Source: Candidatus Pyrohabitans jungbluthii
GTDB lineage: Archaea > Hydrothermarchaeota > Hydrothermarchaeia > Hydrothermarchaeales > BMS3B
DNA: 64,000 nucleotides
NCBI GenBank assembly: GCA_002010065.2
Contig: MTMD02000002.1
Location: 448,001 to 512,000, forward strand
Reading direction: 5' to 3'
The notes under the pieces are model-generated. The model was not told the DNA's origin. It worked only from the letters and a program-made list of their open reading frames with translations, and searched no databases. Of this stretch, positions 58,762 through 64,000 are shown one piece after another. The position numbers and the translations under genes were made by a program. Each line of letters starts with the position of its first letter. Positions within the stretch are counted from its first letter, which is position 1.

Positions 58762-59193
58762 TCAGATTATAATTACCTCATCTATGCCATGATGCCTTTT
58801 GAGGATGTTCTTGATACGCGCTAGGTTCTTACCTCCCCTGCCTATGGCTTGGGGCTTGTCCTGCATATCCACCTTTACTTTTGCTACCTTCTTGTCGTCT
58901 TTCACCCCTATATCAACGCTCTTGACCTTGATGGGGTGAAGCACATTCGCAACAAACTCGGCAGGGTCATCGCTGTACTCGATAATCTCTATCTTCTTTC
59001 CCAGCGCGCGGGAAACGCGTTGCACGTTTGCACCCTTTCTGCCAATCGCAAGGCCTATATCACCCTTCTTAACTATGAAGGTTATCTTCCTGCCATCTTC
59101 GTCGATTATGCAGTCCTTCGTCACTGCACCTGTCATGCTTTCAAAAAGGGCGATATAGCGGATTTCATTGGCAGAAAGCTTCAAAGCTTCCAT
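58762..59193 (-). CDS. nusA: Archaeal NusA (two KH domains)
   Basis: LFESMTGA..KDC, AIGRKGAN, AIGRGGKN. Confidence 0.96.
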   Translation of the reverse strand: MEALKLSANEIRYIALFESMTGAVTKDCIIDEDGRKITFIVKKGDIGLAIGRKGANVQRVSRALGKKIEIIEYSDDPAEFVANVLHPIKVKSVDIGVKDDKKVAKVKVDMQDKPQAIGRGGKNLARIKNILKRHHGIDEVIII

Positions 59194-59196
59194 TAG

Positions 59197-59498
59197 TTAT
59201 TTCCTCCTACCGAGCTCAAATATATCTGAATCTCCCGCCTCGACCACACCCAGCATGCTCACAACGTAGGGCTTGCCGCAAACCGCACCAAGCTCAAGAC
59301 TTGTGCCGGGGTACTCGTAGACGGGTATTCCGGCGAGCTCGGCATATCGAAGGAGGTCGCTCTTGGCGTCGGGCGGGCAGTTGCTCGCCACCACGACAAG
59401 CTTTACCTCCTTGTTTCTGACTGCGTTTAGAGTCTCCTCCTTGCCCAGGTAAACCTTACCTGTATCAACAGCCACGCGAATAGCTCTTTCCACGTCCA

Positions 59499-59499
<1 letters not shown>
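59197..59499 (-). CDS. rpl30e: 50S ribosomal protein L30e
   Basis: AVDTGKVYLG, ASNCP, ELGAVCGKPY. Confidence 0.97.
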
Positions 59500-60671
<1,172 letters not shown>

Positions 60672-63329
60672 CTACGCCGCCTCCTTTCTCGCGTAGCGCT
60701 GAACAATCTTCTTAACATTGACCATCTGTCCCCAGTCTGTTCTGCTTGGGTCTGCGCCGTCCTCGCCGTGGCGGAACTCTACTATTACCCCGCGGGTGTC
60801 TCTGACTGTGTTGTCGTACTCCACCTTCAAATCCTGCAGCGCATTAATCAGCCTGCGCTGCATATAACCGCTCTGCGAGGTTCTCACCGCAGTGTCCACC
60901 AAACCTTCGCGACCGCCCATATTGTGGAAGAAGAACTCAAGCGGAGAAAGTCCGCGCTTATAGCTGCTGCGTACAAAGCCTTTGGCGCTGGCGGAGATGT
61001 CGCCCACCTTAAAGTGGGGCAGCGTTCGTCCTGAATAACCACGCTTTATGCGCTCGCCGCGCACCGCCTGCTGACCCACGCAGGCTGCCATCTGCGTAAG
61101 GTTGAGCAGGCTGCCGCGCGCGCCAGAGATAGCCATTATGCGCGCGCTGTTCTCGTGCTTCCTGCGCTTCTCCTCCTTCTCAAGGTACTCATTGGCAATT
61201 GCGCCTGTCTTGTCTCTCGCTTCGCTGAGCACCTGCATTATGCGCATCTCCAGCGTCTCTTCGAGGGTTCTCCCAGGTAGCTGCTCAAGAATGTTCTCAT
61301 TGTACGCGCGAATAAGCTCCTGCACCTTCCTGTCCGCTTCTTCCAGAATCTCAGCTATCCTCTCCTTAGCCTCCTCTGGCAAATCTTCGTCGTCTATACC
61401 CGTGGAGAAGCCGCGCCAGGTTATGAAGTTTATCACCAGCTTGGTAACATTGTCTAGGAATTCGCGGGCTGCGTCGGTGCCATAGTCCTTGACTATGCGG
61501 TCAAGAAGCTCGCCGGCGAAGGCACCAAAGCTCTTCTCGTCCATTACGCCATGCTCAAGCTTGCCGTTGCGGATAACCACATAGGCATCGTACTCGCACT
61601 CTTCCTCCTTGCAAACCTCGCACTTCTTGCACACCTTGGCTTTATAGGTGAGGTTCAGGTCTTCTGGAAGAAGGAGGCTGAATATCTGCTTGCCGGTGTA
61701 GTACTCCTTGCCGTCCTCCACGAAGGCTGGCTCGGGTAAGGGTTTGTTTATTCCACTCGCGTACAGCAGGTGGAAAGCCTGCTCGCGCGTAAAGCGAACC
61801 TCAGGCTGGGTGAAGAGATAAGCCCCCGAGATGTGGTCGTGGATTCCACCTATTATGGGTCCGCCGAAGCGTGGCGATAGAATCTGCTCCTGCACCCGCA
61901 TAAGTACACGAGCCTCAGCGCGAGCTTCCTGCCCCTGAATCGCGTGCAGGTTCATCTCGTCACCGTCGAAGTCCGCGTTGTACGGCGGGCACACGCACAG
62001 GTTGAGGCGGAAGGTCTTGTATGGGAGCACGCGCACTTCATGCGCCATTATGCTCATCCTGTGCAGGCTAGGTTGGCGGTTGAAGAGCACTATGTCGCCG
62101 TCGATGAGATGGCGGTGAACCTTCCATCCCGGCTCAATCTTCTCAAGGAGTTCGTCAATGTTTTTAACTCTAGCCAGGCTGAGCCTTGCCCCGTCGGGGC
62201 GCTCCACGTAGTTAGCGCCAGGATACTTGTTTGGACCATTGCGTATGAACTTCTTGATGTGCTCTATGTTCATTGGCGTTACTATCACTGGTATGGTGAG
62301 CTCCCTCGCTATTAGCTCTGGCACGCCAACCTCATTGATGCTCAGGTTGGGGTCTGGTGAGATTACAGTGCGCGCCGAATAGTTGACGCGCTTGCCCGAG
62401 AGGTTGCTCCTGAACCTGCCTTCCTTGCCCTTGAGGCGCTGGGCGAGGGTTTTCAGGGGTCTGCCGGAGCGGTGTCTCGCAGGCGGGACGCCCGCCACCT
62501 CATTGTTGAAGTAGGTGGTGACGTGGTACTGCAGAAGCTCCCACAGGTCTTCGATTATGAGCTGCGGCGCCCCGGCCTCTATGTTCTCCTCCAGGCGCTG
62601 GTTTATCCTTATTATATCCACAAGCTTGTGGGTTAAATCATCCTCACTGCGCTCACCCGACTCGAGGGTAATCGAGGGACGCACCGTAACTGGCGGCACG
62701 GGTAAGACGGTGAGCACCATCCACTCCGGGCGAGCAACCTCCACGTCGAAGCCCATAACCTCGGCATCGCTGTCAGTGATCTTCTCCAAGCGCTCACGCA
62801 CGTCGATGGGCGAGAGCCTCTGCTTGTCCTCGATGAACGTGGTGGGCTTCTCAAACTTTATGTCAAGCTGCTCCTCACCGCAGTGGGGGCACTTCTTAAC
62901 AGCGCGCGCCGCCTTGAAAAGCTCTTCCACTATAGGCTCCTCGCTCTTACCTATGCGCTTCGCCTTGCGCAGCTCCTGGCGAAACGCTTCGATTTTGTCG
63001 TCAGGAAGCAGAATGCGACCGCACGCTCTGCATATGCTTCTCAGAATTTTATTTATCAGCTTGGCATAACCAACGTGAATAACCGGACGAGCAAGCTCTA
63101 TCCTGCCGAAGTGCCCAGGGCAGTCGCCCACACGGGAGCCGCATGTTTTGCACCTCAACCCAGGGTCGACCACACCCAGGCGGGGGTCCATGAGTCCGCC
63201 CTCTATGGGGTAGCCGTCCTCGTCATAGGTGTCGGCGGTGACTATCTTCACCTCCGACATCTTGCGTATCTGCTCCGGCGAGAGCAGCCCGAACTTTATT
63301 CCCTCAACCTTTTTTGGGATTATCCTCAT
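60672..63329 (-). CDS. rpoA1: RNA polymerase subunit A' (Rpo1N)
   Basis: NADFDGDEMN catalytic motif, GHFG, GGREGLVDTAVRT. Confidence 0.99.
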   Translation of the reverse strand: MRIIPKKVEGIKFGLLSPEQIRKMSEVKIVTADTYDEDGYPIEGGLMDPRLGVVDPGLRCKTCGSRVGDCPGHFGRIELARPVIHVGYAKLINKILRSICRACGRILLPDDKIEAFRQELRKAKRIGKSEEPIVEELFKAARAVKKCPHCGEEQLDIKFEKPTTFIEDKQRLSPIDVRERLEKITDSDAEVMGFDVEVARPEWMVLTVLPVPPVTVRPSITLESGERSEDDLTHKLVDIIRINQRLEENIEAGAPQLIIEDLWELLQYHVTTYFNNEVAGVPPARHRSGRPLKTLAQRLKGKEGRFRSNLSGKRVNYSARTVISPDPNLSINEVGVPELIARELTIPVIVTPMNIEHIKKFIRNGPNKYPGANYVERPDGARLSLARVKNIDELLEKIEPGWKVHRHLIDGDIVLFNRQPSLHRMSIMAHEVRVLPYKTFRLNLCVCPPYNADFDGDEMNLHAIQGQEARAEARVLMRVQEQILSPRFGGPIIGGIHDHISGAYLFTQPEVRFTREQAFHLLYASGINKPLPEPAFVEDGKEYYTGKQIFSLLLPEDLNLTYKAKVCKKCEVCKEEECEYDAYVVIRNGKLEHGVMDEKSFGAFAGELLDRIVKDYGTDAAREFLDNVTKLVINFITWRGFSTGIDDEDLPEEAKERIAEILEEADRKVQELIRAYNENILEQLPGRTLEETLEMRIMQVLSEARDKTGAIANEYLEKEEKRRKHENSARIMAISGARGSLLNLTQMAACVGQQAVRGERIKRGYSGRTLPHFKVGDISASAKGFVRSSYKRGLSPLEFFFHNMGGREGLVDTAVRTSQSGYMQRRLINALQDLKVEYDNTVRDTRGVIVEFRHGEDGADPSRTDWGQMVNVKKIVQRYARKEAA

Positions 63330-63337
63330 TCTATCAC

Positions 63338-64000
63338 CTACGCCTTGTCTCCTAGCACCAGCCTCGGGTTTATCCCGAGGGACCTTAGCTCATCCAATAG
63401 AAGCTTGAAGGCATAGCTCACCTCAACCTCAGCAGCTTCGCTCTCCCTGCCGCAGATAGCGCAGTATATGGTGTCGCGTATCTTGTCGTACACCGCTATC
63501 GTACCACAGCGCTCGCATACGAGCATTGTATGGCGGTCGCTCTCATCGAGCAGACGCTCCTTGAGCAGCAGCGCCGCGCCGTAGCCTATCAAACAATCGC
63601 GCTCCATTTCACCAAAGCGCAGGCCACCTTCGCGCGCTCTTCCTTCTGTGGGCTGCCTCGTTAAGACCTGCACAGGTCCTCGGGAGCGCGCATGTATCTT
63701 GCCTGCGACCATGTGGTGGAGCTTCTGGTAGTAAGCCACGCCTATGAATATCTCAGCCTCAAAAATCTCGCCCGTCATGCCGTTGTACATTATCTCCCTA
63801 CCTGTGCTCTTAAAGCCGTGCCTCTTGAGCGCCTCGCGCAGGTCCTCTTCGCGCTCTCCTGAGAAGGGTGTGCCATCAACGCGGCGTCCCTCAAGGCTGG
63901 CGACTTTACCACCGAGCATCTCCAGCACTTGACCGACAGTCATTCTCGAGGGTATCGCGTGGGGGTTGATTATTAAATCAGGGATAATGCCGTCTTCGGT
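63338..64000 (-). CDS. rpoB1: RNA polymerase subunit B/B' C-terminal part (runs off window end)
   Basis: [33 protein letters not shown]-terminal Zn ribbon. Confidence 0.97.
   Translation of the reverse strand, partial: TEDGIIPDLIINPHAIPSRMTVGQVLEMLGGKVASLEGRRVDGTPFSGEREEDLREALKRHGFKSTGREIMYNGMTGEIFEAEIFIGVAYYQKLHHMVAGKIHARSRGPVQVLTRQPTEGRAREGGLRFGEMERDCLIGYGAALLLKERLLDESDRHTMLVCERCGTIAVYDKIRDTIYCAICGRESEAAEVEVSYAFKLLLDELRSLGINPRLVLGDKA

Overview
Archaeal chromosome segment, roughly mid-50s % GC by eye. PriL, RPA3 and AglB are Thermococcales-like and rpoA'/A'' is split, so this is probably a euryarchaeote/Methanobacteriota-related lineage (inference). Most of the window is housekeeping: priL, PCNA, RPA3, ilvBH, mgtE, lysA, nfi, ribK/ribB, carAB, aspartokinase, aglB/aglH, secG, hemD, srp19, an NAD de novo plus salvage cluster, acs, htpX, intron-containing tRNA-Met and tRNA-Ser, and the rpoB-rpoA'-rpoA''-L30e-nusA-S12-S7-EF2-EF1A-S10 operon. 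The best candidates for something new are: (1) an AT-richer four-gene island (11.75-14.25 kb) with two DUF2589-like genes, a third related-looking gene and a translationally coupled SleB/Hydrolase_2-like peptidoglycan hydrolase with no signal peptide, which may be an undescribed anti-bacterial toxin-delivery system; (2) directly downstream, an operon of three tubulin/CetZ paralogues with differently altered T7 loops plus a type-I membrane protein; (3) a small palindromic element inserted in-frame in a TIM-barrel gene, repeated at the 3' end of the aspartokinase gene and echoed in the tRNA-Ser intron; (4) a stand-alone bacterial-type NurA-HerA pair; (5) a MazG / ATP-cone-nuclease / divergent Ham1 cluster; (6) a DUF4258 toxin gene interrupted by TGA at a likely Trp codon. 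No CRISPR array, rRNA, integrase or transposase was seen. All family calls come from motif recognition by eye, not from database searches.
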